Part shown: piece after piece, positions 19,473-28,579 of the stretch
Position numbering within the stretch: position 1 is the first letter of the stretch
How the letters are laid out: every line of letters starts with the position of its first letter
Origin: a virus
Reading direction: 5' to 3' (one strand)
DNA: 64,000 bases
IMG/VR virus record: IMGVR_UViG_3300025122_000012
Location: 1 to 64,000 of that record
Position numbers and translations under genes: made by a program
Notes under the pieces: model-generated
What the model was told of the DNA's origin: nothing
Database searches by the model: none
Seen by the model: only the letters and a program-made list of their open reading frames with translations

Positions 19473-19748
19473 TTATTTCGCCAAAATACCGATTACGTGG
19501 TTTTCCTTGATGACGGTGAAGGTCTCGCCGTTGTGCTGGATATCGCGGAGCATTTGTGCTTCCACAATAATCTGCAATCCGGTGCTCCATATGGTTCCGT
19601 TCTCGCCCGAGCAGTTGACTACTTCAACCACCGCAAATGGGCTTTCTACTGCGCGGTAATCCTGGGGCAAGAGAATTGCACTCTCTTCTGTGCCTGTGTC
19701 TTCTACAGTCTTCACGTAGAGGTAGTTATTGACTGGTGTAAAATTCAT
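19473..19748 (-). CDS. groES: Co-chaperonin GroES-like
   Basis: MNFTPVNNYLYV..ILLP..IKENHVIGIL; probable true start 19748 with AAGGA RBS. Confidence 0.8.
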   Translation of the reverse strand: MNFTPVNNYLYVKTVEDTGTEESAILLPQDYRAVESPFAVVEVVNCSGENGTIWSTGLQIIVEAQMLRDIQHNGETFTVIKENHVIGILAK

Positions 19749-19773
19749 TTTGTTCCTTTCTGTTTTTGTTTTT

Positions 19774-20223
19774 TTAATCTGTTCTATATAAAACGCGATA
19801 TAGGGACTGATAGTTAAATTCTTCGCCGCGGCGAGATCTAAAATTGAGTTCATTGAGCCTGAGAACTTGCGCTGCAACGGTGTTGTACCCTTCATTCTTC
19901 AACTTTTCACTAACAGCTTTAATATGAAAGTTAAATTTCTCGGCATTTGATTGTCTAACGGCAATAGCCTTAGCGCCTTGCTCAGCATAGAGATTGGGAT
20001 TGCCAAACTTCAAATCGGGGTCCTCTTCTCTGCGGCGGCGAAATGACTCCTTAACAAGTGCTGATGTAGTCATGTTTTTGTTTCTGTGGTGTGCGTACGC
20101 GTGACATATCCCGCAAAGCGGCACTGTTTGAGTGCCCGAGCGGCTGCGGGGCACTACGTGATGGCGGTGTAACTCGGTGCCTTTGTACCCGCACTCAAAA
20201 CATTGGTTGTCTACTATCCGCAC
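19774..20223 (-). CDS. Free-standing HNH endonuclease
   Basis: CFECG..HHVVPRSRSG..LCGICHAYAH. Confidence 0.85.
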   Translation of the reverse strand: MRIVDNQCFECGYKGTELHRHHVVPRSRSGTQTVPLCGICHAYAHHRNKNMTTSALVKESFRRRREEDPDLKFGNPNLYAEQGAKAIAVRQSNAEKFNFHIKAVSEKLKNEGYNTVAAQVLRLNELNFRSRRGEEFNYQSLYRVLYRTD

Positions 20224-22631
20224 TTGGCAAAACCGCAGTTTTTACAAGTAACGCAGCCCTCAACATATATGAGGCCCTCGGTTCCACACTCGCTACAAGT
20301 ATGTTCAGTTGCCTCTTGACCATCCGGGATGTAGTTCTTTAAAATTCGTGCAATACACTTAGCAAAGCTAAACATATCTGAGTCCCGATCCTTCTGGAGT
20401 TGTTCTACTACATATTGAATGTTCGCTCCATGACGCATCCCAAGTGAAATCATACGAGTGAATGCGGAGTGGTTAGGATTATCGAAAGCCTTAACGAGAT
20501 CCTTGATAATTACGGTGTCGCCGTTCTTCCCAACTTGCAAATCATAAACAGAGTTCATGGTCTTCCTAGGGTGTTTCACCAGAATGCCTTCGACTTTATC
20601 TTTTGGAATCTCAATTAGGTTTGAGAGTCCCCCCATAACTTCATATGGCTTTTGGTCCATTAGACCCACCACTATTAACCAGCGCTCTCCCTTAATCGTA
20701 GTGTGGTGGATGTTGCACGCTAGCTCAATAGGACGTTTGGGTGCCTTGTGCTGTGGGAAATGGTCATCTTCCGTCAGCAAAACTCCAGACCGACTACCGT
20801 CCACATACACAGTGAGTCCTTTTAATCCTTGGCGCCAGCCTTCCATATAAAGTCTGCCCACCAACTCAGGAGCCGTATTCTTTGGGAGATTGATCGTCGA
20901 ACTGATGCTGTGATCAATGCTTTGTTGAATGGCTGCTTGTACAGCAATACGAGCTTCCCAATCAATGCTGTTTGATTCTACAAAAAATGCAGGAAGGGGA
21001 GCCGAGTCTTGAAGTGTTTGTGTTTCCATCCACGTCTTGATGTTGTGGTGGAACACCTCATACTCTACCCAGCGGTCGCCTAGGGCGTCCACGTGATCGG
21101 CGTCTAGGTGTTGCTCATCATGAGAAAGTTTTCGCCGGCGAACATACGAGTTCCTGAATACAGGCTCCAGACCGGACGAAGTCTGAGACATTATAGAAAC
21201 CGAGCCAGTTGGCGCGTTCGTAAGGATTGAGATGTTCCGGCGGCCGTGTTTGGCAATTAAGTCTCTAAGTCTTGCCGGCAGTCTTTGAATAAAGTTGTTG
21301 TTTTCTTCGACGCTCCACTCAAATGCAGGAAATGCGCCGCGTTCTTGAGCAAGATAGACACTCTCTTCGTACGCTGCATCGCGCAAGGTACGATAGATTT
21401 TCTCAATAATTACAAGAGCTTCGGGGCTATCGTATGCTAAATTTAAGCACGCCATAGCATCAGCCAAGCCGTGAGTACCCAAACCAGTCCGACGCCCATT
21501 GTAAGCAGCTTTAAATAGCTTACTCCATAGCTCTTGCTCGTCCTCCGTATCTGCCCACTGTCGAATGTTTTCCAGCTTCTCAAGCTCAAGTTCTACCAGA
21601 TCATCGGACAAGCGCATACCAATAGCAGCAACTTCTCTTAACTTACCGAAGTCAAAGTCTGCATTTTTTTGGAAAGAATTTTTTACGAGACTTTTTAAAT
21701 TCAAAGAAATGAGCCTACAGCTATCGTAGGCCGAAAGGGGAATCTCCCCGCACGGATTAGTGGTCTTGGTTTTAAAGTCGTCGTACTCATGAGCAGGCAG
21801 GTTCTTAGTAATATTGTCCCACATAAGAAGACCAGGCTCCGCAGTCTTCGTGGCGCACTCCACGATGCTATCCCAAAGAGTCGATGCGTCTACCTCCGCA
21901 GTATATTCTGGCTGCTCAGCATCAACTGGAAACTGTAAAGTGAATGATTGGTTGTTCTCTACCGCTTCCATAAAGCTGTCGCTAATCTTTACTGAGATGT
22001 TCGCTCCCGTAACCTTGTTGATGTCTTGCTTCATCGTAACAAACTTTGCAATATCTGGGTGGCGCACATCCATTGATACCATTAGCGCTCCGCGGCGTCC
22101 ATTCTGTCCGATCATTCGGCAGACGTACGAGTAGAAATCAGCAAAAGACCACGCACCAGTAGTAGTCCGAGCGGAATTATTAACAGGGGCCCCTTCAGGA
22201 CGCAAACTAGATATATCAACCCCAACACCGCACCGACGTTTAAAAAGATTCGCAAGATCTTTGCCAGCATCCATAATACTCGATACGGAATCGGCGGGAT
22301 TATCAACAACAACACAATTAGAGAGAGACACATTAACATAATTATTTCCTATCCCCATCATGGGAGAGCCTTGGGGTACAATGTATTTAAAATTTTTGAG
22401 GAAAGAATAGATCTCTGTCTCTGTAAGATGATTAGATTTACGTGTGATGAACTTATCTTCCATTCTCGCGAACTCTCGTGCGAGGCGATGGTGCATATCA
22501 TCGGGTGTCTTTTCAAGAAAATTACCTTTCTCGTCGCGCAAACAGTACTTTGTTATAAAAACATTGGTAGCTAATTCATCATCATCAAAATATTCCAGAG
22601 TGGCTTCTCGTACTTCAGTCTCCTCGAACAT
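20214..22631 (-). CDS. nrdJ: Class II (adenosylcobalamin-dependent) ribonucleotide reductase
   Basis: SNC, TNPCGE, APTGS, C-terminal Zn ribbon; no beta subunit adjacent. Confidence 0.85.
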   Translation of the reverse strand: MFEETEVREATLEYFDDDELATNVFITKYCLRDEKGNFLEKTPDDMHHRLAREFARMEDKFITRKSNHLTETEIYSFLKNFKYIVPQGSPMMGIGNNYVNVSLSNCVVVDNPADSVSSIMDAGKDLANLFKRRCGVGVDISSLRPEGAPVNNSARTTTGAWSFADFYSYVCRMIGQNGRRGALMVSMDVRHPDIAKFVTMKQDINKVTGANISVKISDSFMEAVENNQSFTLQFPVDAEQPEYTAEVDASTLWDSIVECATKTAEPGLLMWDNITKNLPAHEYDDFKTKTTNPCGEIPLSAYDSCRLISLNLKSLVKNSFQKNADFDFGKLREVAAIGMRLSDDLVELELEKLENIRQWADTEDEQELWSKLFKAAYNGRRTGLGTHGLADAMACLNLAYDSPEALVIIEKIYRTLRDAAYEESVYLAQERGAFPAFEWSVEENNNFIQRLPARLRDLIAKHGRRNISILTNAPTGSVSIMSQTSSGLEPVFRNSYVRRRKLSHDEQHLDADHVDALGDRWVEYEVFHHNIKTWMETQTLQDSAPLPAFFVESNSIDWEARIAVQAAIQQSIDHSISSTINLPKNTAPELVGRLYMEGWRQGLKGLTVYVDGSRSGVLLTEDDHFPQHKAPKRPIELACNIHHTTIKGERWLIVVGLMDQKPYEVMGGLSNLIEIPKDKVEGILVKHPRKTMNSVYDLQVGKNGDTVIIKDLVKAFDNPNHSAFTRMISLGMRHGANIQYVVEQLQKDRDSDMFSFAKCIARILKNYIPDGQEATEHTCSECGTEGLIYVEGCVTCKNCGFAKCG

Positions 22632-22634
22632 GGC

Positions 22635-24014
22635 TCAGCCTCCGTTATTCTTTTTAAATTTCTTATACTTCTCAACCAAATTCTCTTTTTGTTTCCTAAC
22701 GCTTACTTCCACCAGTTCGTCCTCCCCGTAGGGGTCGAGCACCTTAATGTGCACATTGGATGTGTCCATAAATAAGGGAAACACAATCCCGTCCGGGCCG
22801 TTCCTATTCTTGGCTACAAAAAGGCGCCCCCCATTAGCGTTCTTGTCTTCTACTGTACGGGAAATACTAAAAATAAAATCTGCGATGAAACATTTATTGA
22901 ATGCCTCAGAAATAGATTCCATTGTGATAACTTCGGCGTTAAGCCCCGACCGATTAGTCTGCGATGCTGTCCACACTGGTACCTCATACTCTGCAGCGAT
23001 AGCGCGCAGCTCTTCATAAATAGATTCTAATTCGTTTCTCTTCTCTTTAAGATATCGAACAGGTCGTAATAAATCCCCATAGTCAATAATAATAATGTCA
23101 ACTACAATATTTCGCATCTTCAATTTTTCCAGGTGGGCGCGTACTGTCTGGGTGGATGCTGTTTTGGTGGGATACTCTTTCACAATAAGAGTACCCTCGA
23201 TATCTTGAACCTCTTCGTAGATTTTTTCCTTAAAGGATGATAAATTTTCAAGGGGTATCTTGGTAAGACACGCATCATAGCGCGAAGCTACCACCGTATC
23301 CTGGAGTTCGAGAGTATAATGAACAACGGTCTTGCCTTCGCGCAAAGCGTGGGCCCCCAGGTGTACCAAAGCCATAGACTTCCCGGCGCCCGTTGGGGCG
23401 ATAACAACGCCTAACTCCTTCTGGCCTAGGCCCCCCTTACAAATGCCGTCAATAAGATCCCACCCAGTGGAGACTGGGTTGCGAAACCGTGGCTTAAATC
23501 TTTCTTCAAAATCTTTTTTATAGTCGTAGCCGCTGTCGTTGTCCACCCCTAACTTAAGCGAGTCATTAATAACCTGCGAAATCTCATCAAAGGAGGAGTT
23601 CTGAAGGAGGCCTATCGACTTCACCATCGCGGACTTAAGATTCTGTTTCTTACAAAAGTCTAAAGAGGTGTCTTTGATATACTCTGTGTCGGTAACAGCG
23701 GTAACCTGACTGCGAACGTAAAACTCTCGCGCTTGTTTGGCTGTTAGTTCGTTCTCGTTGTCAAGTTCGGACCGGAGAATTGTTTTGACAATATCGCGTG
23801 AAGGGTGGACTCCATACTTTTTACGATAGTTAAAAATTTTATTGAGAAAAAGCTTAAGATAGTTAAGCTCTAGAAAGCTAACATCTAATACTTCTTCAAT
23901 CTGATCGGCGAAGGAGCGGTCATCCAAAATCACCATACATAATTTCTCTTGGAACGACTTACCGTACTTGGAGAAGCTACCACGCTCACCATTTAATTTC
24001 ATAGCTTCCCTCAT
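22635..24014 (-). CDS. Replicative DnaB/gp41-like helicase
   Basis: APTGAGKS Walker A, IIIDYGD, TASQTNR, KNRNG. Confidence 0.93.
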   Translation of the reverse strand: MREAMKLNGERGSFSKYGKSFQEKLCMVILDDRSFADQIEEVLDVSFLELNYLKLFLNKIFNYRKKYGVHPSRDIVKTILRSELDNENELTAKQAREFYVRSQVTAVTDTEYIKDTSLDFCKKQNLKSAMVKSIGLLQNSSFDEISQVINDSLKLGVDNDSGYDYKKDFEERFKPRFRNPVSTGWDLIDGICKGGLGQKELGVVIAPTGAGKSMALVHLGAHALREGKTVVHYTLELQDTVVASRYDACLTKIPLENLSSFKEKIYEEVQDIEGTLIVKEYPTKTASTQTVRAHLEKLKMRNIVVDIIIIDYGDLLRPVRYLKEKRNELESIYEELRAIAAEYEVPVWTASQTNRSGLNAEVITMESISEAFNKCFIADFIFSISRTVEDKNANGGRLFVAKNRNGPDGIVFPLFMDTSNVHIKVLDPYGEDELVEVSVRKQKENLVEKYKKFKKNNGG

Positions 24015-24019
24015 GACTA

Positions 24020-24048
24020 ATATTACTACTTTGCAAGTGCCTTGTCAA
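24020..24048 (-). promoter_or_regulatory. Sigma70-type promoter TTGACA-N17-TAATAT
   Basis: Upstream of helicase. Confidence 0.6.
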
Positions 24049-24991
24049 GACAAATCCGATTCATTGTGGCGTGTAGATCGTCCCAGTTGAATACACCAAA
24101 CCCATCTTGATTCATCATTCGGATAACCTCGGTTTTATTATAGTCGTACTCAAAGTTATCCAAGGCATAGTGCACTTTCTCGCGGCAATGCAAAGATAGC
24201 GCCGGAGCGTACAACTGCATCAATTTATAGTTCTCTATAATTACATCTCTGTACTCCAAAACGTTCGTGAAAAACTTAGCCTTAGAGTCGCTAGCGAGGC
24301 AGAAATCAAAAATCTCCTGCAATGTTACATCCTTATCTTCCCTAAGAAATTTTAAGTTTTTTGAAATACTTTTTAGGCCGGCGCGAGGTACCCCTTTGAG
24401 ATTGTCCGATGGGTCCCCAGCGATGGCTCTCGCCATCGCAAAATTGCGAGGATGGATATCAAAATCTTCCACAATGTTTAACTTATTATGAATCTTCTTT
24501 TGAATGGGGCGGAACAAAACGGTTTCGTCGTCGCACAGCTGAAGGAAATCTTTATCACTGGAGATAACTACCTTTTGCCAGCCCTTGAATTGTTCGGTCT
24601 GAGTTGCAAAAGCAATAACGTCGTCGGCCTCTACCTCATCGAAGCGCAATTGAATCACGGGCAGCTCATTAAGATACTCCATCAGGCGCAGCTGCTGCCA
24701 CGCCATGTTGGCGCGCTGTTGCTCGTCAGTCAAGTCCGTCTGGCGGTTGACGCGAATGGGCTTACGGCCGGCCTTATAATTCTTGTTTTGCTCTCGCCTT
24801 TTGCGGCTACCGCCCGGGCCATCCCAGATGATCATCACCGTGTCGGGCTTAATGTCTCGACAGAGCTTCTGTAAGATGCCCAGGAAGCCCTTGAGGCCTC
24901 CGATGGGGTGGCCGTGGACCGAGAGGCTAGGGTTGACGATGAAAGCCCTGTAGTAAGCGTTCAGGGCGTCGACAATCATTACTCTTTTCAT
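24026..24991 (-). CDS. 5'-3' exonuclease / flap endonuclease (PolI N-terminus, T4 RNase H family)
   Basis: IVDA, YKAGR, EADD, SSDKDFLQL, GDPSDNLKGV. Confidence 0.93.
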   Translation of the reverse strand: MKRVMIVDALNAYYRAFIVNPSLSVHGHPIGGLKGFLGILQKLCRDIKPDTVMIIWDGPGGSRKRREQNKNYKAGRKPIRVNRQTDLTDEQQRANMAWQQLRLMEYLNELPVIQLRFDEVEADDVIAFATQTEQFKGWQKVVISSDKDFLQLCDDETVLFRPIQKKIHNKLNIVEDFDIHPRNFAMARAIAGDPSDNLKGVPRAGLKSISKNLKFLREDKDVTLQEIFDFCLASDSKAKFFTNVLEYRDVIIENYKLMQLYAPALSLHCREKVHYALDNFEYDYNKTEVIRMMNQDGFGVFNWDDLHATMNRICLDKALAK

Positions 24992-25371
24992 AGTCTCATA
25001 CTCTCAATCTTGCCGTTCTTATCTGTATAGACCACGCGCTTGACACCAACGTGACGCAGCGCGCTCTCACACATAGGACAAGGCTTGCTGATACGGGCCT
25101 CTCCCTCTCTGTTAATACGGGCTACGTAAACTGTGGACCCGCGTGTGGTAGAACGGTCCACTCCTAAAATGGCTCCCAACTCTGCATGGAGGGTGGCTTC
25201 GCCACGGCCCTCTTTACGAAATCTCGCACCGAAACTACAATGCCGGTGCTTGTTGCAGGAAATATTACGAACGGAACTGCCCTTCACAAGGACGGCGCCG
25301 TGCCTAAACTTTCCATAATCTGATTGTTCCGCCACCCTCTTGGCGAACTCTATATATCTCTTGTTCTTCAA
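24988..25371 (-). CDS. Cytidine/dCMP deaminase family
   Basis: HAE..PCPMC Zn motif. Confidence 0.85.
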   Translation of the reverse strand: MKNKRYIEFAKRVAEQSDYGKFRHGAVLVKGSSVRNISCNKHRHCSFGARFRKEGRGEATLHAELGAILGVDRSTTRGSTVYVARINREGEARISKPCPMCESALRHVGVKRVVYTDKNGKIESMRL

Positions 25372-25388
25372 CTGTATCCCCTAACGTA

Positions 25389-25430
25389 TGAAGCTCCTAT
25401 GAGTATACCTCACAGGAGCTTCAGAGTCAA
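25389..25430 (-). promoter_or_regulatory. Sigma70 promoter TTGACT-N17-TATACT within a 35-bp imperfect palindrome
   Basis: TGAAGCTCCT..AGGAGCTTCA arms around the -10 box. Confidence 0.65.
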
Positions 25431-25445
25431 GGGTTTAGTTTGAGT

Positions 25446-26375
25446 TTATTTGACTTTCGGCTGTGCTCCGGCCTTGTTATAGGGAGGGTTAACATTAACC
25501 TCTCCCCCTTGGAGCGCTTTAATGGCCAATTTCGATGCCGGCTGGACCGGACCATCCTTGTCATCGATCACTGGCATATCGGAGCGAGGGTTGCTCGTTA
25601 ATACGGCCCCATCGCTGACGCCCGGAACCCCTTTAACATTGTTCACCATAAAGTTGGCCATGGCTTTAATAGCCTCGGCGCCCTCTTTTCCGGTTTTTGC
25701 TTGCATTACTTCTAATGCTTTGCCCTTGTCGAACGCGTTGGGCACGCCACTAAAGAATTTGCCTTTTCCATCAGGCTGTTTGTCAACGGCCAAGGCAGCT
25801 AAAACCTTCTCTACGGCGCCCACATCGTGGAACTGCTTGAAGTTACCTGTGCCGGGCTTGCCCTTGTTTACCCCCAAGATACCCTTCGTAATTGTATTAA
25901 GAATGGCAACCAATTGAGTGCCCGGGAAATCTACTTCGTATCCACTAATTGCCGCGCTGGGGTCGGCCATGGCTGTTGCGAGCCAACGATGGTGGCCATC
26001 CATTAGAAAGTTGTCCTTTGAGACAAACGCGGCGATGTTTCCTCCTGGGCCTCCAGAGCCAAACATAGTACCATTTAACATTCCCAAAGCAAACCAAGCA
26101 GCCTTGCCTAAATTCATAGAAGTTTGTGACGGGAACAAGTCGCGCGCGGCCCACTTACCGTTTAGGTTAACAGGGATAACATCGTCTTTTGCGTCGCCGT
26201 CGAATGCCGCGGGGCCACTAGTTGCATTAGTTTTGGCCTGATTTGGATCAACTGCCGATAAAGCAATTGGAAACATCTTTGTATCAAGTTCGGCCGCGTT
26301 GGCTTTTTCATTTACAAACTTGCGCCAGTTCTCTGTAATCAACTGGGCTTTTGGGTAACTTGACCATTTGCTCAT
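25446..26375 (-). CDS. ParB/Srx-like domain protein, candidate internal virion protein
   Basis: LFPSQ..LMDGHHRW; N-terminal QLITENWRKFVNE; late motif 26400-26406. Confidence 0.6.
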   Translation of the reverse strand: MSKWSSYPKAQLITENWRKFVNEKANAAELDTKMFPIALSAVDPNQAKTNATSGPAAFDGDAKDDVIPVNLNGKWAARDLFPSQTSMNLGKAAWFALGMLNGTMFGSGGPGGNIAAFVSKDNFLMDGHHRWLATAMADPSAAISGYEVDFPGTQLVAILNTITKGILGVNKGKPGTGNFKQFHDVGAVEKVLAALAVDKQPDGKGKFFSGVPNAFDKGKALEVMQAKTGKEGAEAIKAMANFMVNNVKGVPGVSDGAVLTSNPRSDMPVIDDKDGPVQPASKLAIKALQGGEVNVNPPYNKAGAQPKVK

Positions 26376-26408
26376 CTTATATCTCCGTGGAATATATAAT
26401 AAATAGTC

Positions 26409-27530
26409 TTATTTTTTATCTACGTCGTAGAAATCTTCGGCATTCCCCTCGCGCGTATCAAACTTACGAATGATCTGTTCATCCATAATCTCAAGCACCC
26501 GGGTTTTGAACTTCTTGTCTTTAAGTTTTTCAATCCAATGAGCGCTCTGGAACTTCTCTTCCGTTCCATCTTTATAGACCAGGGAGAACCAAGCGCCGGC
26601 TTGCTTGAGATTGTCGGAGCCCTTGATTGCTTCCAGCCAACTCTCTTGGTCCTGGATACCAACCTTGTCGGTTCCCCACAGAATCTTGAAGGCGCAGTTG
26701 CGCCCCTGTGTACCGAAGCGAGACTTCTCAAGCTTAACCTTCACCTCTGAACCAATACGGAAACCACTTTCATCTTCGATAAAAGCAGACTTGGCTTTGC
26801 GCCCCGTCAACCATACCCGAAGGGAATATACATAATGCATAGCCTTCCCGCCGGGGGTGATGAACGGAGTCGTCATTGCGACGATGCGTGCGTTTGGGCC
26901 CTGTGGAATATTGGTCTTCAACTGGTTGAGAACCAGGAAGGCAGACTTGGTGTTGGCGATCGGAATAGTCAGCTTAGACATTCCCTTTGATAAAATGCGC
27001 GCCTTCATAGCCATCGTGGATTGCGGATTGAAGTCTCCTTCCACGTCGGTAATAGTCGGAGTCATAGCCAGCGAGTCCCAGATAAACAAGGTTCTTTCCG
27101 CTCCTGACTTTAAGACGTTCTCAACAGTTTCTAACACGTGCTCAACTGATTGTGCTTGCACGTAAATAAGTTCACCTATATCACAGCCAGCGCGCTCCAG
27201 GAACCCGGGGTCGATAGCAGACTCCGAATCCATATAGATAACAGTCATTCCCATACGTTGGGCATTCCCGGCAATCTGGGCAGCCATAAAGGACTTCCCT
27301 GTGGATTCTAGTCCGGCAATCTCAGTAAACTTACCCACCGGTACTCCAGCCAATTGGCCGCGACAAACAATAGAATCCAACCAGCGCGAGCCGGTTGGAA
27401 TCCATTCTTTTACCTCTGTTGGGTTGGCGTGGTTGAGGTTATGCGCTACTTCCAGACCGGAAGTCTTATTGATTAAGGTGCGCAATCCATCAATAGAAAT
27501 TTTTCCAGCTGTGGATTTACTTTTTGCCAT
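26409..27530 (-). CDS. recA: RecA/UvsX recombinase
   Basis: GLESTGKS, MDSE, WDSLA, LNQLK, TPGGKA. Confidence 0.93.
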   Translation of the reverse strand: MAKSKSTAGKISIDGLRTLINKTSGLEVAHNLNHANPTEVKEWIPTGSRWLDSIVCRGQLAGVPVGKFTEIAGLESTGKSFMAAQIAGNAQRMGMTVIYMDSESAIDPGFLERAGCDIGELIYVQAQSVEHVLETVENVLKSGAERTLFIWDSLAMTPTITDVEGDFNPQSTMAMKARILSKGMSKLTIPIANTKSAFLVLNQLKTNIPQGPNARIVAMTTPFITPGGKAMHYVYSLRVWLTGRKAKSAFIEDESGFRIGSEVKVKLEKSRFGTQGRNCAFKILWGTDKVGIQDQESWLEAIKGSDNLKQAGAWFSLVYKDGTEEKFQSAHWIEKLKDKKFKTRVLEIMDEQIIRKFDTREGNAEDFYDVDKK

Positions 27531-28022
27531 CTAAGACAAGTCCAAAGTCAATAGACCATTCGATGTCTGTACTATCACATCGAAGCCGTCAACAAACTCG
27601 TCGGCGCCTCCGTTTAGACTGTAAAGATCTCTGGCATGCACTTTTACATTGGCCGCGATCTCGCACGTGCCACGCTTATGATCGTGGCGCTCTGTAGAAA
27701 TGGTCAAAAGATCATATTCATATGCTTCTTTTTTGAGTGTTTGCGTAAGATACTCTTCGAACCAGTGTGCTCGATCATACTTTTCTAACAACCCGCCATC
27801 GCGCATCGTGTCTAAAATATCTTCCTCGTAGCGTGAATACACTGTGATGTAAGGCGTGGCCAATAACTTAGCCAATCGCTCCGCTGTATCCGTTTGCTCC
27901 AATGCGTTCTCAACATAATCGTCCGAGATGTGCCATACACTGGCAGCATCTTCATAGTTTAAATAAACAAAATCTTTATCTGTAATATTAAGGTCCTGAA
28001 GTGTTTCCACGATATTTCCCAT
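27531..28022 (-). CDS. Hypothetical protein
   Basis: Co-oriented ORF. Confidence 0.6.
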   Translation of the reverse strand: MGNIVETLQDLNITDKDFVYLNYEDAASVWHISDDYVENALEQTDTAERLAKLLATPYITVYSRYEEDILDTMRDGGLLEKYDRAHWFEEYLTQTLKKEAYEYDLLTISTERHDHKRGTCEIAANVKVHARDLYSLNGGADEFVDGFDVIVQTSNGLLTLDLS

Positions 28023-28057
28023 TTTTGATTTTCTCTTTTCTACAATATGTTTCGAAC

Positions 28058-28246
28058 TTATTGTGAGTTCTTGGTGTCTTGAATATGTGTGCGTAGTTCT
28101 TGTGCAAGGTTCTTTACTTCTTGCATGGTCTTGCGTACGCGGGTGCCAGCGGCATTGTTGCTGCGGCTGAAAAACTTCTCATGATCTTCTCGGGTATTCT
28201 CCAGAAGGGTGATTAGCTTCTCAAGATAATTATTTTCAGTACTCAT
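28058..28246 (-). CDS. Histone H1-like Hc1-family protein
   Basis: NNAAGTRVRK..K.LAQELR. Confidence 0.7.
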   Translation of the reverse strand: MSTENNYLEKLITLLENTREDHEKFFSRSNNAAGTRVRKTMQEVKNLAQELRTHIQDTKNSQ

Positions 28247-28264
28247 ATAACTGCTCCTTTATAA

Positions 28265-28303
28265 TGTGAGGCACCTGATAACCCTGTGCCTCCCTGTGGG
28301 TCA
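28265..28303 (-). ncRNA. Putative cis-regulatory H-type pseudoknot, copy 1
   Basis: GACCC/GGGUU and GAGGCAC/GUGCCUC interleaved stems. Confidence 0.5.
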
Positions 28304-28308
28304 AGGCT

Positions 28309-28512
28309 TTACTTCTTTTGAACGAAGGCGTAAAGCTTTTCAGCTTCCGTTAAAATTTCCTCAGTCGTGTAAGGAGCAACAGCCTCGCGCTGGCCCTCCG
28401 GCTTTAGAAATTCATTATCAACACAGCGCTGGTTGCGCTCGCCGACAATTCCAATTGCCATTCCTAGCAAATCGGTGCGGAGTTCGTATCCGCTTTTGTT
28501 TGTATCACTCAT
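28309..28512 (-). CDS. Small hypothetical protein (MSDTNKSGYELRTDLL...)
   Basis: AAGGAG RBS before ATG 28512; ORF-track start is too far upstream. Confidence 0.7.
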   Translation of the reverse strand: MSDTNKSGYELRTDLLGMAIGIVGERNQRCVDNEFLKPEGQREAVAPYTTEEILTEAEKLYAFVQKK

Positions 28513-28537
28513 AATATCTCCTTTGTGTGTGTATAAG

Positions 28538-28576
28538 TGTGAGACCCCTATAACCCCGGGCCTCCCTGCGGGGGGG
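28538..28576 (-). ncRNA. Putative cis-regulatory H-type pseudoknot, copy 2
   Basis: CCCC/GGGG and GAGGCCC/GGGUCUC stems, compensatory relative to copy 1. Confidence 0.5.
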
Positions 28577-28579
28577 ATA

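Noticed and set aside
19749-19895. N-terminal extension of GroES in the ORF track
   Set aside because: It overlaps the HNH gene; the GroES fold and RBS begin at 19748.
14420-22631. Inteins or introns in dnaE and nrdJ
   Set aside because: Lengths and motif spacing are normal, with no splicing motifs seen.
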